Shown here in pieces: positions 49,977-62,033 of a DNA stretch of 64,000 nucleotides. Numbering within the stretch: the first letter of the stretch is position 1; each line of letters opens with the position of its first letter. Under the pieces are notes generated by a model. The model was not told the origin of the DNA and did no database searches. It saw nothing but the letters and a program-made list of their open reading frames with translations. Origin of the DNA: an uncultured Pseudomonadota bacterium (GTDB lineage Bacteria > Pseudomonadota > Gammaproteobacteria > Steroidobacterales > Steroidobacteraceae); the NCBI GenBank assembly GCA_963736955.1, contig CAVTQT010000002.1, forward strand, positions 248,302-312,301, written 5' to 3'. The position numbers and the translations under genes were made by a program.

Positions 49977-51384
49977 GTGGCATTGAGCGTCTTCGACCTG
50001 TTCAAGATTGGCATCGGGCCTTCGAGCTCGCATACCGTAGGACCCATGCGCGCCGCGCGCCAATTCGCCGTGCGCCTGCGCGACGCACAATTGTTAGACA
50101 AGGTGGCGCGCATCAGCGTCACGCTGTACGGCTCGCTCGGCGCCACCGGCAAGGGACATGGCAGCGACAAAGCCATCCTGCTGGGGCTCTCCGGCCACGA
50201 GCCCGATACCGTCGATGTCGACGCCATCGCCGGCATCGTTGACCGCATCCGGGGCACGCACACCCTGAGCGTGCTTGGCACGCACACGCTGCCATTCGAA
50301 GAACGTCGCGACCTCACCTTCAATCACAAGGACACGCTGCCGCTGCATTCGAACGGCATGCTCTTCGCGGCCTATGCCGCCGATGGCGCGCGGGCTCACT
50401 ACGGGCACTTTCTACTCGGTGGGCGGCGGATTCGTGGTGGCGGATGAACCCCAGGACAAGAACAGTCCCGGCGGCGGCACAGAAAAGCGAATCGTGCCGG
50501 ACGCCACCGTGCTGCCGTTTCCGTTCCGCACCGGCGACGAGTTGTTGGCGCTCTGCGAAAAGGAAAAGACTTCGATCGCGGCGAATCATGCGTCGCAACG
50601 AACGCGCCTGGCGCAGCGATGCGCAAATCGATGAAGGGCTGCTGCGCATCTGGCATGTGATGCAGGCTTGCGTGAAGCGCGGCTGCGAAACGACCGGCGT
50701 GCTGCCGGGCGGATACAAGGTGAAGCGTCGCGCGCCCGGGCTTGCACGCGCAGCTCACTGCGCCGCAGGTGGCGGGCCCTGCCGATCCTTTGATCGCGCT
50801 CGACTGGGTGAATCTTTGGGCGCTCGCCGTGAACGAAGAGAACGCCGCGGGTGGTCGCGTCGTCACCGCGCCCACCAACGGCGCCGCCGGCATCGTGCCC
50901 GCACTCATGCACTACTACGCGCGCTTCGTGCACGGAGCCAATGACGCCGGCATCGTCGACTTCCTGCTCACCGCCGCGGCGATTGGCTTCTTATATAAGG
51001 AGAACGCCTCGATCTCCGGCGCCGAGGTCGGCTGCCAGGGCGAGGTGGGCGTGGCCTGCTCGATGGCCGCCGCGGCACTCACCGCTGTGTTGGGCGGGTC
51101 TGTGCGGCAGGTCGAAAATGCGGCAGAAATAGCGATGGAGCATCACCTCGGGCTCACCTGCGATCCGGTGGGTGGCCTCGTGCAGATTCCGTGCATCGAA
51201 CGCAATGCCATCGGCGCGGCCAAGGCCATCAATGTGGCGCGCATGGCGTTGCGCGGCGACGGCACGCACTATGTGTCGCTCGACAAGGTCATCAAGACCA
51301 TGCGCGAGACCGGGCGCGGACATGAAGACGAAGTACAAGGAAACATCGCGCGGTGGATTGGCCGTCAATATCGTCGAATGTTAG
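49977..51384 (+). pseudogene. sdaA: L-serine ammonia-lyase (Fe-S, single-chain), about 4 frame disruptions
   Basis: The start is MALSVFDLFKIGIGPSSSHTVGPM… Later segments are …[10 protein letters not shown]…, …[24 protein letters not shown]…, …[14 protein letters not shown]… and …[18 protein letters not shown]… The end …[17 protein letters not shown] is in a further frame. The breaks are near 50395, 50585, 50745 and 51322. Confidence 0.85.
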
Positions 51385-51392
51385 GAACAACC

Positions 51393-51914
51393 ATGAAAAA
51401 GGGACAGATCGTTTTTGCGCTCGCCACGTTGGCTTTCACAGGCCTCGCGCTGGCGGAAAAGCCCAAGGTCAAGCCTTACGCGGCCGCGGCGCCGTACGGT
51501 GGAGTTCCGCTCTGGAATCCCGGCGACAAGATTCATCGGCGTGTCGGGCGGAACCTGCAGCGGCACCTGCCCCGTCTACGAGCTCTACCTGTTCGACGAT
51601 GGACGCTGGTGTTCAACGGCCGCAAGGACACGAGCAAGGTCGGCGTCTGGAAGAAGCAGGTTGAGCCCGAGATCTATACCGAACTGCTGACCACGATCGT
51701 GAAGACCCAGGTGTTGGACAAGGAGATCAAACGCAAGACCTGCCTCAAGGGCCGTTCCATGCTCATCGTCATGCGCTCCGCATCGGAGGCCGGAGATGCT
51801 CGCACGGTGTCGCTGAATTCCGGCTGCGAAGGTCATACCGATCTCGTCAAGCGGATCGAGGGGCAGTTCATCGACTCGACCGGTGTCGCGAAGTGGCTGG
51901 TCCCGCCGAAATAG
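51393..51914 (+). pseudogene. DUF6438-like secreted protein, compensating pair of frame disruptions (about 51533/51603)
   Basis: Signal peptide present. The family hallmark [22 protein letters not shown] is readable only in the 51415 frame. The flanking sequence is in the 51393 frame. Confidence 0.5.
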
Positions 51915-51973
51915 AACTGGGCGGCGGCTCGCGCCGCCGCCCGCTCCAACACTGCCCACTAACTAACAACACC

Positions 51974-52573
51974 TCAGTGCGGGTACAGCGTCTCAGGGAT
52001 CTCCGCGATCGACTCGAACGGCGCACCGCTCGCCTTCGCCGCGCTTTCCACCGCCGAGAAACTCGGGGCTTCGTACACCCAGAACGAGTCACTCTTGTTC
52101 GCAGTGGCATAGGAAGTAAGCAGAGTGACTCCGTACTTCCGGTCGCTGTTGGCCGCGACATCCGGCGCACCCGAACGCTTCACCAGGTAGCGGTGATTGC
52201 CGTTGGCGATCTGCTGCACGGCGCCGCGCGGTTCGGCCTTGATGTCCGCAGGAATCTCGGTGACGTTGTCGACCGGCATGCCGGAGAGCTTCGCCGCTTC
52301 GCGCACCGCAGCTTCACTCGGACCGTCATAGACGCAATACGTCTTGGTCTTGTCCGCGTTCGCATACGACTTTTCCCAGGTCACGTCCAACGTGGCGTTG
52401 TTCTCGTTGACCTTCTTTTTCGCGGCTGCGTCCACACCATCGAGCGCGCCCGCCGGGAAGGTGCGTTCGATCAAATAGCGGTGAGTAACCTGCGAGGGCT
52501 CTGCGGTTCCCGCAATGGCGGAAGCTGCGATCGTCATCGCCGTCACGGCGCAAAAGACTTTCATCATCGTCAT
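51974..52573 (-). CDS. secreted protein with two tandem DUF4242 domains
   Basis: Signal peptide present. There are two repeats of the pattern HRYL(I/V)(E/K)R…(Y/W)…Y….K…(C/W)VY(D/E)(G/A)PS..AV(R/E).AAK.SG.P….(E)IP. Confidence 0.6.
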   Translation of the reverse strand: MTMMKVFCAVTAMTIAASAIAGTAEPSQVTHRYLIERTFPAGALDGVDAAAKKKVNENNATLDVTWEKSYANADKTKTYCVYDGPSEAAVREAAKLSGMPVDNVTEIPADIKAEPRGAVQQIANGNHRYLVKRSGAPDVAANSDRKYGVTLLTSYATANKSDSFWVYEAPSFSAVESAAKASGAPFESIAEIPETLYPH

Positions 52574-52692
52574 CTCCGATGCTTGTACTTAAGTTGATTA
52601 CTGTCTAACACGCTGACACAGTAGCCGCGCCGGAATAGATTTCGAATGATCGCGCGTCCGGCGTTGATGCCTGATCGTCCTTGGAGAACTGT

Positions 52693-53694
52693 ATGGATAC
52701 CTTGTCGGATGTTTTGCGTGCCGTGCGTTTGACCGGCGCATTTTTTTTCGATGTTCATGCCAGAGCACCGTGGTGCGCGGAAACACCTTTCGGACACACC
52801 GTGGTGGACGCGATGTTCCCGGGCTCCGATCACCTCATCTGTTATCACCTGCTGATGGAAGGATCGTGCTGGGCAACCATCGAAGGCGAAGAGCCCATCA
52901 AACTATCTGCCGGAGACATCATCCTGTTGCCGCACGGCGATACTCACGTACTCGCGACAGCGCCCGGCATGCGCAAGACGCCCGAGATGTCGATGTACCG
53001 CATGCCGGAAGACCGCGAGTTGCCGACGAGAATTTCGGTTGGCGCCGAAGGCGGCGAGCTGACTCACTTTGTTTGCGGATTCCTGGGCTGCGACTCGCGC
53101 CCCTATAACCCGCTGCTGACGGCACTGCCGCGCGTCATCGTCATCAACGATCACACCAGCGGCGCGCTCGGCGCCTACTTTCGGGCGGCGCTGGCGGAGT
53201 GCAAGGACGGGCGCATGGGCGGCGCAGACCTGCTCGGCCGCATCAGTGAGCTCATGTTCGTCGACGCGGTGCGTCGTCACCTCGAGGCGCTGCCCGCAGA
53301 TCGCGTCAACTGGCTCGCGGGATTGCGCGATCAATATGTCGGCCGCGCGTTGATGGCGCTGCATTCCAATCCGTCACGCGACTGGACGCTCGAAGCGCTC
53401 GCGCAGGCGGCGGCGCTGTCCCGCTCGGCGTTCGCCGAGCGTTTCACGCAATACGTGGGACACCCGCCCATGCAATACCTCACCAATTGGCGCATGCAGC
53501 TTGCGACCAACTACCTGCGCCGTGGAACCGAGACCGTGGCCTCGATCGCCAACCGCGTGGGTTATGACTCCGAGGCCGCCTTCAGCAGGGCATTCAAAAA
53601 AGTGGTGGGTGCGCCGCCCAGTGAGTGGCGAGAGATGCGTGTACCGCGAGCCACGCAGTCGGTTCCCACCATCGTTCCCAACATCGTTCAGTAA
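52693..53694 (+). CDS. AraC family transcriptional regulator (cupin-like N-terminal sensor domain)
   Basis: The N-terminus is MDTLSDVLRAVRLTGAFFFDV. The C-terminal HTH segments are …LAQAAALSRSAFAERF… and …IANRVGYDSEAAFSRAFKK. Confidence 0.85.
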   Translation: MDTLSDVLRAVRLTGAFFFDVHARAPWCAETPFGHTVVDAMFPGSDHLICYHLLMEGSCWATIEGEEPIKLSAGDIILLPHGDTHVLATAPGMRKTPEMSMYRMPEDRELPTRISVGAEGGELTHFVCGFLGCDSRPYNPLLTALPRVIVINDHTSGALGAYFRAALAECKDGRMGGADLLGRISELMFVDAVRRHLEALPADRVNWLAGLRDQYVGRALMALHSNPSRDWTLEALAQAAALSRSAFAERFTQYVGHPPMQYLTNWRMQLATNYLRRGTETVASIANRVGYDSEAAFSRAFKKVVGAPPSEWREMRVPRATQSVPTIVPNIVQ

Positions 53695-53778
53695 AACTAA
53701 ACACTCGGTCAGAACTTAAGAACACGCCGGTTTCTGGTTGTCGCAGCATGTGCTCCACCTATTCACAAGGAGAGCACA

Positions 53779-54108
53779 ATGAAGTCGATCAAGTCCCTGT
53801 TATCCGTCGCTGCACTGGCCATCAGCGGCATCGCCGCTGCCGGTTCGCCGGATAGCCATAGCGTCGTCGTCCGTTACGGCGACCTCAATCTGAATTCGCA
53901 AGCCGGCGTCAAGAGCCTGCACAAGCGCATCCGCAACGCGGCCGAATCGGTCTGCAGCGAACTGAACAGCAGCGTTCTGAGCCTGCGCGGCACCTACGAA
54001 CAATGCGTCGACCAGGCGGTGGCGGATGGGGTCAGCCGCGGTGGCCAATCCGAATCTCTCGAACTTCCATCGGAGCAAAGGAAAGTCCGCGGTACTCGCG
54101 TCAAACTA
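53779..54108 (+). pseudogene. UrcA family protein, one frame disruption near 54040
   Basis: Signal peptide present, followed by VVVRYGDLNLNSQAGVKSLHKRIRNAAESVC…CVDQAVADGVS. The expected tail …NPNLSNFHRSKGKSAVLASN* is in another frame, ending at TAG 54106-08. Confidence 0.55.
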
Positions 54109-54219
54109 GTCGGAAATGGGGACATTCCTCATTTCCGTGTCACATTCGGAGATGCGAGCGCCAGCCTCCTCACTAGTGGGGAATGTGACACGGAAATGAG
54201 GAATGTCCCCGTTTCCGAC
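54109..54219. repeat. MITE-like element: 39-bp inverted repeats (1 mismatch) around a 33-bp spacer
   Basis: The left arm is GTCGGAAATGGGGACATTCCTCATTTCCGTGTCACATTC (54109-47). The right arm (54181-219) is its reverse complement, apart from the one mismatch. Each arm contains the GGAAATG…CATTTCC sub-palindrome of the REP family. Confidence 0.7.
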
Positions 54220-54378
54220 GCCTGTATCGCCGCGCGAGCCGGATTAATTCGAGCGCTCGCGCGGGATCAGCTGATGCAGCCATGCAGGCAGGCGCTGACA
54301 TCGATCGATTGAATCGGCCGCGTCACGTCTTGATGATGTGAGTGGGATGCTCCGGCGACAACACACCGGAGGTATCTC

Positions 54379-54884
54379 ATGACCGAAGCCGAATACACAC
54401 TGGAATCGAAGCTGTGGAAGGCGATCAAGGACGATCGCACGGTGATGCTCGCGCTTGCGGGGGTCGAGGAAGGCCACAGCCAGCCAATGACCGCGCAGAT
54501 CCTCCACGACGAGGATGAGCGCGGCCCGATCTGGTTCTTCACGTCGAAGGACAATGACCTGGTGAAAGCACTCGACGCAATCACATCGCGCGGTCGTGCA
54601 TTTTTCGTCGAAGGGTCACGAGCTGTTTGCGTCGCTGCACGGCGAGCTCACGCTCGACAACAACCGCTCAGATCATCGATGAGCTCTGGAACGGTTTCAT
54701 CGCTGCCTGGTACGAAGGCGGCAAGAACGATCCCAAGCTGCAGCTCATCCGACTCGACCCGGAGCACGCGCAGGTCTGGCTGAATGAGCACAGCCTGTGG
54801 GCCGGCATGAAGCTGCTGCTGGGCCGCGACCCCAAGCAGGATTACAAGGACAAGGTGGCCGACCTGGAACTCGGCCGCCACTGA
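54379..54884 (+). pseudogene. pyridoxamine 5'-phosphate oxidase-fold general stress protein 26-like, 2 frame disruptions (about 54580/54668)
   Basis: GGAGG RBS is present. The start is …LWKAIKDDRTVMLALAG…PMTAQ…GPIWFFTSKDN… The middle segment …SKGHELFASLHGELTLDNNR is in a second frame. The tail …IIDELWNGFIAAWYEGGKNDP… is in a third. Confidence 0.7.
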
Positions 54885-54885
54885 A

Positions 54886-54932
54886 AATGGGGTCAGGCCC
54901 CGTTTCCTAGGAAACGGGGCCTGACCCATTTC
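54886..54932. repeat. REP-like palindrome between convergent genes (22-23-bp arms)
   Basis: AAATGGGGTCAGGCCCCGTTTCC ta GGAAACGGGGCCTGACCCATTT, with one G missing in the right arm. Confidence 0.8.
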
Positions 54933-54944
54933 CTGACCCGAGAT

Positions 54945-56422
54945 CTACTGAGCCTGCGGACCGACCTGGCAATTGGTACGGCTCAGGACCACGCGACGAT
55001 TTTTCTGTCGCCCTTCATCCGTGGTGTTGTCCGCGATCGGCTGAGCTTCTCCGTATCCCGCCACCGCGAGTTGCGTAACCGTAATTCCGCGCGACGCCAG
55101 ATAGTCACGGACAGCCAACGCCCGGCGTCGTGACAAGTCGACATTGAACTGCTTCCGGGCCCTGGCTATCGCTGTGGCCTCCAAGTTCGCCGCTGATGGT
55201 CGGCAACTTGCGCACCTGGTCCGCGAGACTGTCGAGCGTGATCGCGTCCGCGCCAGTGATCTCGGTGGAATTGCTCCTGAAGTGCACTTGCACGGTGAAA
55301 TCGCAGGAGCAGCCGTTCACATCCGCGCGTTGACCGCTCGGCGTCGCGGGACACAGGTCCGACAAATCGGGCACACCGTCGCCATCGGCATCCGCCGGAG
55401 GTGGCGGCGGGGGTGGCGGCTCGACGCGTGCCACGGGAGGAGGAGCCACGGGTATCGGCGGCGGAGGTGGCTCGCCGCCGAAGCGTGCCACGAAGGAAAG
55501 CAAGTACAGATCACCGCGGAGACGATTGTCGGCGTAATTCTCATAGATCCATTTGGCGACCACGCTCACGTTCTTGTTGCCGAACATGATCACCGGGCCA
55601 TAGCCAGTGCTATCGCCTTGATAACCGAGCTCGAGCGGTCGGGGAATCGGACCCTTGTCATCGGTGAGCTGGTGGTACCAGTAGCCCGCGACCCCCAGCG
55701 CGAAGTTCTCGCCGATATGTTTGCCAATCAGCGCGTCGATGTGCGCCTCGTCCCCGGATTCGTAGTTAGGGCCCGGCAGGCTGTTCTCGAGATTGATCAT
55801 GAAACCCACGGTCGTCGACACATCCCAGCCGCTCTCGCTCAGATAAGTGTGCGAGAAGGACGGATCGAACGACCAGTAGTGACGTCCGGCGGACACCACC
55901 GTGCTGTCATCGTGCGTGCCCCAGGGCGCCACGATACCAACCGAAAACTTGCCGTAGTGCGGCCCGGATCCCCAGGCGATCTGCGGCTTGATATGGGGTC
56001 CGCGAAAGCGTGATCGCGTGGCGACGCGAATGAGTCGAACGGCGGCCCGCCCGGATTCTGCGCGACCGTCAGGTCGAACACGTACGGGATCTGCAGTTCG
56101 ATGCCGAACTTTACGCCAGAGGATCCACTGCCCGATGAATCCGCCCAGAGTCAGCCGATCCATCCACAGGTCCTGTTCGAAGCCGGGATCGAGTCCGCCG
56201 TTGATCGGGCGAGGCCCGATGCCCGCTTCGTAGAAGCTGACGTCGTTGCGCAGATAACTTTGCGGAGCCATTGCGGCCCCGAAATCGCCGTAGGTTCCCG
56301 GCAGTGTAGTTACTGCTGCCGCCCTCGGCGGCCGCCGATACACGAGGCACCAGCGCGCCAAGAACCAGCGTCGCGGCGAGTGCCGCGCCCTGCCCGCAAT
56401 TCCATTTGAGATGCATGGTCAT
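54945..56422 (-). pseudogene. chimeric OmpA-family outer-membrane protein (MetA-pathway-transporter-like barrel + poly-Pro linker + TSP3-type Ca motif + OmpA_C), about 4 frame disruptions
   Basis: The signal peptide is MTMHLKWNCGQGAALAATLVLGALVPRVSAAA. The barrel segments are spread over 3 frames, with breaks near 56295, 56118 and 55995. The linker is PPPPPIPVAPPPVARVEPPPPPPPP, followed by DADGDGVPD. OmpA_C reads GHSDSQG | RKQFNVDLSRRRALAVRDYL…NRRV, with a break near 55163. Confidence 0.7.
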
Positions 56423-56686
56423 GCGCGGACCTTGGCATGCGATTTCCGGACAGCCAATAAGACCAAGGTCCTGTCGTTTTGCCGCTACGTCCAATAGCTA
56501 GTCCGCGCCTAACTACTCGCCCCTAGTCACAAAACGCGGTAACGCCCGCGCAACGCTGCTATCCGGGGCCCTGATCGCGTGTAAGTGGTAAAAACTTCAA
56601 ACAGTAGGATCCGTCCTACTTTTTCCCATCCACCTGTCCGGTGCTGCATTCTGTACGCCCCGCGTGTAGGCGATTGGGAGACTTCG

Positions 56687-58585
<1,899 letters not shown>

Positions 58586-58614
58586 AAGCCGGCGCGCGTG
58601 ACATAGCGCGCCGC

Positions 58615-59274
58615 ATGGAATCGCCCGAAGAAGTCGTTTTCCTGTTCGACTGCGATAACACGCTGCTCGACAACGACGGGGTGCAGGCAGACCTCAGAGC
58701 GCATCTGGAAAGCGAATTCGGCCTCCCCGAGAGCCAGCGCTACTGGGGGCTCTATGAAGCCCTGCGCAGCGAAGTCGGCTACGCCGATTACCTGGGCGCG
58801 ATGCAACGCTTCCGCCTCGGCATGGAGAGCGATTCGCGCGTACTGCGCCTCGCCTCATTCCTGCTGGACTATCCATTTGCGAGCCGTCTCTATCCCGGCG
58901 CGCTCGAGGCCGTCGCGCACTGCCGGCGCTGGGGGCCGACCGTCATGCTGTCTGATGGAGATATCGTCCTGCAACCGCGCAAATTCCAGCGTGCCGGACT
59001 GTGGGATGCCGTCGAGGGTCGCGTGCTCATCTACATTCACAAGGAACGCATGCTCGACGACATGACCCGCCGTTTTCCCGCACGTCACTACGTGATGGTT
59101 GACGACAAACTCCGTGTGCTCACGGCAATGAAGGAAGTTCTCGGAGGCAAGCTGTCCACCGTCTTCCCGCGCCAGGGGCACTACGCGCTGGACGCGGCGG
59201 CCATCGCTAACTACCCTCCCGCCGATATCACGGTCGAACGCATCGGCGATTTGCTTCGCGAGGACTTCTCATGA
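58615..59274 (+). CDS. HAD family hydrolase
   Basis: Motif I is VFLFDCDNTLLDNDG. A later motif is …MVDDK…. Confidence 0.65.
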   Translation: MESPEEVVFLFDCDNTLLDNDGVQADLRAHLESEFGLPESQRYWGLYEALRSEVGYADYLGAMQRFRLGMESDSRVLRLASFLLDYPFASRLYPGALEAVAHCRRWGPTVMLSDGDIVLQPRKFQRAGLWDAVEGRVLIYIHKERMLDDMTRRFPARHYVMVDDKLRVLTAMKEVLGGKLSTVFPRQGHYALDAAAIANYPPADITVERIGDLLREDFS

Positions 59275-60365
59275 AACCGACCCAACAACTGCACGATCTC
59301 GGCCAGAGCCTGTGGCTGGACAACATCACGCGCGGCCTGCTCGACGGAGGCACGCTCGCCGGATACATCCGCGATCTCTCGGTGACCGGCCTCACCTCCA
59401 ATCCCACGATCTTCGAAAAAGCGATCGGGGACTCCAGCTTCTACGACTCTGCCATCGCAGACGCCGCTGCGCAGGGACAATACGGCGAAGCGCTGTTCTA
59501 CGATCTGGCACTCGAAGATCTGCAGCGCGCGGCGGACCTGTTTCGCGGCGTCTACGATCAGACTCGTGGCACGGACGGCTTCGTATCACTCGAAGTATCT
59601 CCATTGCTGGCTGACGATACCGACGGAACCATCCAGGCGGCCGTGGAGCTGCACGCCCGCGCGAACCGCCCCAACCTCTTCATCAAGATTCCTGGCACTT
59701 CGGCGGGCGTGCCGGCGATCGAAGAGTCGATCTTCGCGGGAATTCCGGTCAACGTGACGATGCTGTTCTCTCGCGAACACTACGTGGCGGCGGCGGAAGC
59801 CTTCCTGCGCGGCATCGAGCGACGCATCGCCGCGGGACGGGATCCGCATGTTGCTTCGGTGGCATCACTGTTCGTGAGTCGATGGGATGTCGCGGTCCAC
59901 GACAAGGTCCCCGAGCGCCTGCGTAACAGACTTGGCATCGCAGTTGGGAAGCGTGTCTACAAATCGTATTGCGACTTGCTGATATCGCCGCGCTGGCAAA
60001 CGCTTGCCGCAGCCGGCGCGCAACCGCAACGCCTGCTGTGGGCGAGCACGGGAACCAAGGACCCTGCGGCACCCGACACGATGTATGTCGAAGCGCTGGC
60101 CGCGCCGGATACCATCAACACGCTGCCCGAGAAAACATTGCACGCGTTCGCCGATCATGGCCGCGTTACTGGCGTATTGCCGCGCGATGGTGGCGATGCG
60201 GAGCAGACCCTGAACGAGATCGCGCGGGCCGGCATCGACCAGGTGCAATTGGCCGCGCAGCTCCAGCAAGAAGGCACGCAGGCATTCTCGAAAAGCTGGC
60301 AGGATCTGCTGAAAGGTCTGGCTGCCAAGGGCGCAGCCACCAAACAAGCAGGAGCCGCTCGATGA
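59271..60365 (+). CDS. tal: transaldolase (long form)
   Basis: …LGQSLWLDNITRGLL…VTGLTSNPTIFEKAI… and …LFIKIPGT… are present. ATGA overlaps the upstream HAD gene. Confidence 0.9.
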   Translation: MKPTQQLHDLGQSLWLDNITRGLLDGGTLAGYIRDLSVTGLTSNPTIFEKAIGDSSFYDSAIADAAAQGQYGEALFYDLALEDLQRAADLFRGVYDQTRGTDGFVSLEVSPLLADDTDGTIQAAVELHARANRPNLFIKIPGTSAGVPAIEESIFAGIPVNVTMLFSREHYVAAAEAFLRGIERRIAAGRDPHVASVASLFVSRWDVAVHDKVPERLRNRLGIAVGKRVYKSYCDLLISPRWQTLAAAGAQPQRLLWASTGTKDPAAPDTMYVEALAAPDTINTLPEKTLHAFADHGRVTGVLPRDGGDAEQTLNEIARAGIDQVQLAAQLQQEGTQAFSKSWQDLLKGLAAKGAATKQAGAAR

Positions 60366-62015
60366 CATCAACCCCGCAAACCCACCCGCTCGCGGGCAAG
60401 CTCGCACCCGCGAGCTTGCTGGTGGATCTGCCCAAGCTCATCACGGCGTATTACAGCGAGCGCCCCGATCCGGCAGTCGCCGCGCAGCGCGTGGCGTTTG
60501 GCACGTCGGGCCATCGCGGCGTTTCTTTCCAGTCGAGCTTCAACGAATGGCACGTGCTCGCCATGACGCAGGCGATCTGCAGCTATCGCAGGCAACAAGG
60601 CATCACCGGCCCCTTGTTTCTGGGCTTCGACACGCACGCGCTGTCCGCGCCGGCGTTCGCGAGCTCGCTCGAAGTGCTGGCGGCCAACGACGTCGAGGTC
60701 ATGATCGCGAACGGCGATGAATACACGCCGACGCCTGCGCTTGTCGCACGCGATCCTGACCTACAACCGCGGACGCACCAGCGCGCTTGCCGACGGCATC
60801 GTGATCACACCCTCGCACAATCCGCCGGACAGCGGCGGCTTCAAGTACAACCCGCCGAACGGCGGACCGGCGGACACGCAGATCACCGGCTGGGTTCAGG
60901 ACGAGGCGAATCGGCTGCTGGCGGCCCATCTCGACGGCGTGCGGCGGATCACGTTGAACAGGGCGCGCAGCGCGCCCACCACGCACTCGCATGACTTTCT
61001 GAACACGTACGTGAATGACCTGGCCAACGTCATCGACATGGATACGATTCGCGGCGCGAACATTCGCATGGGCGTCGATCCACTCGGCGGCGCGGGCGTT
61101 CACTACTGGTCGGCGATCGCCGATCGCTACAAGCTGAATCTCACCGTCGTGAACGACGCGGTGGACGCCACATTCCGGTTCATGACAGTGGACTGGGACG
61201 GGAAGATCCGCATGGATCCGTCGTCTCCGCACGCCATGAACGGTCTCATCGGCCTCAAGGATCGCTTCGACATTTCCTTCGCCTGCGATACGGATCATGA
61301 CCGGCACGGCATCGTCACGCGCAGCGCCGGCCTCTTGCCGCCCAACCACTACCTGGCGGTGTCCATCGATTATCTGTTCCGCAATCGGCCGGGCTGGCGC
61401 GCAGATGCAGGCATCGGCAAGACGGTGGTGAGCAGCCAGATCATCGATCACGTCGCGACGCGGCTCGGGCGCAGACTCTACGAAGTGCCGGTTGGCTTCA
61501 AATGGTTCGTGGACGGGCTGTTCGACGGATCACTCGGATTCGTCGGCGAAGAAAGCGCCGGCGCAGCGTTCCTGCGCAAGGATGGCGGCGTGTGGACCAC
61601 CGACAAGGATGGCATCGCCCCGGCATTGCTGTCGGCGGAAATGACGGCGCGCACCGGGCGCGATCCTGGCGAAGCCTATCGCGAGCTTACGCGCGCCTTT
61701 GGCGAGCCCTTGTTCGAGCGCATCGATGCGGCCGCGACGCCAGCACAGAAGAAATTGCTTGCGAATCTGAAACCCGAACAGGTCACTTCGAAAGATCTGG
61801 CTGGCGGACAAATTCAGTCCATCCTCACGAAAGCGCCGGGCAATGGCGCATCCATTGGCGGACTCAAGGTGGTTGCGGACGGCGGCTGGTTTGCTGCGCG
61901 GCCGTCGGGCACCGAAGATGTTTACAAGATCTACGCGGAGAGCTATCGCAGCGCCGATCATCTGCGGCAGATTCAGAGCGACGCGCAGAAGCTCGTGACG
62001 GCCGCGCTGGGATAG
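60362..62015 (+). pseudogene. pgm: phosphoglucomutase (alpha-D-glucose phosphate-specific), one frame disruption near 60738
   Basis: …VAFGTSGHRG… is in the first frame. The active-site loop [16 protein letters not shown], the metal loop DTDHDRHG and GEESAG are in the second frame. ATGA overlaps the tal stop. Confidence 0.9.
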
Positions 62016-62033
62016 CTGCTTACCCTGCACTCC

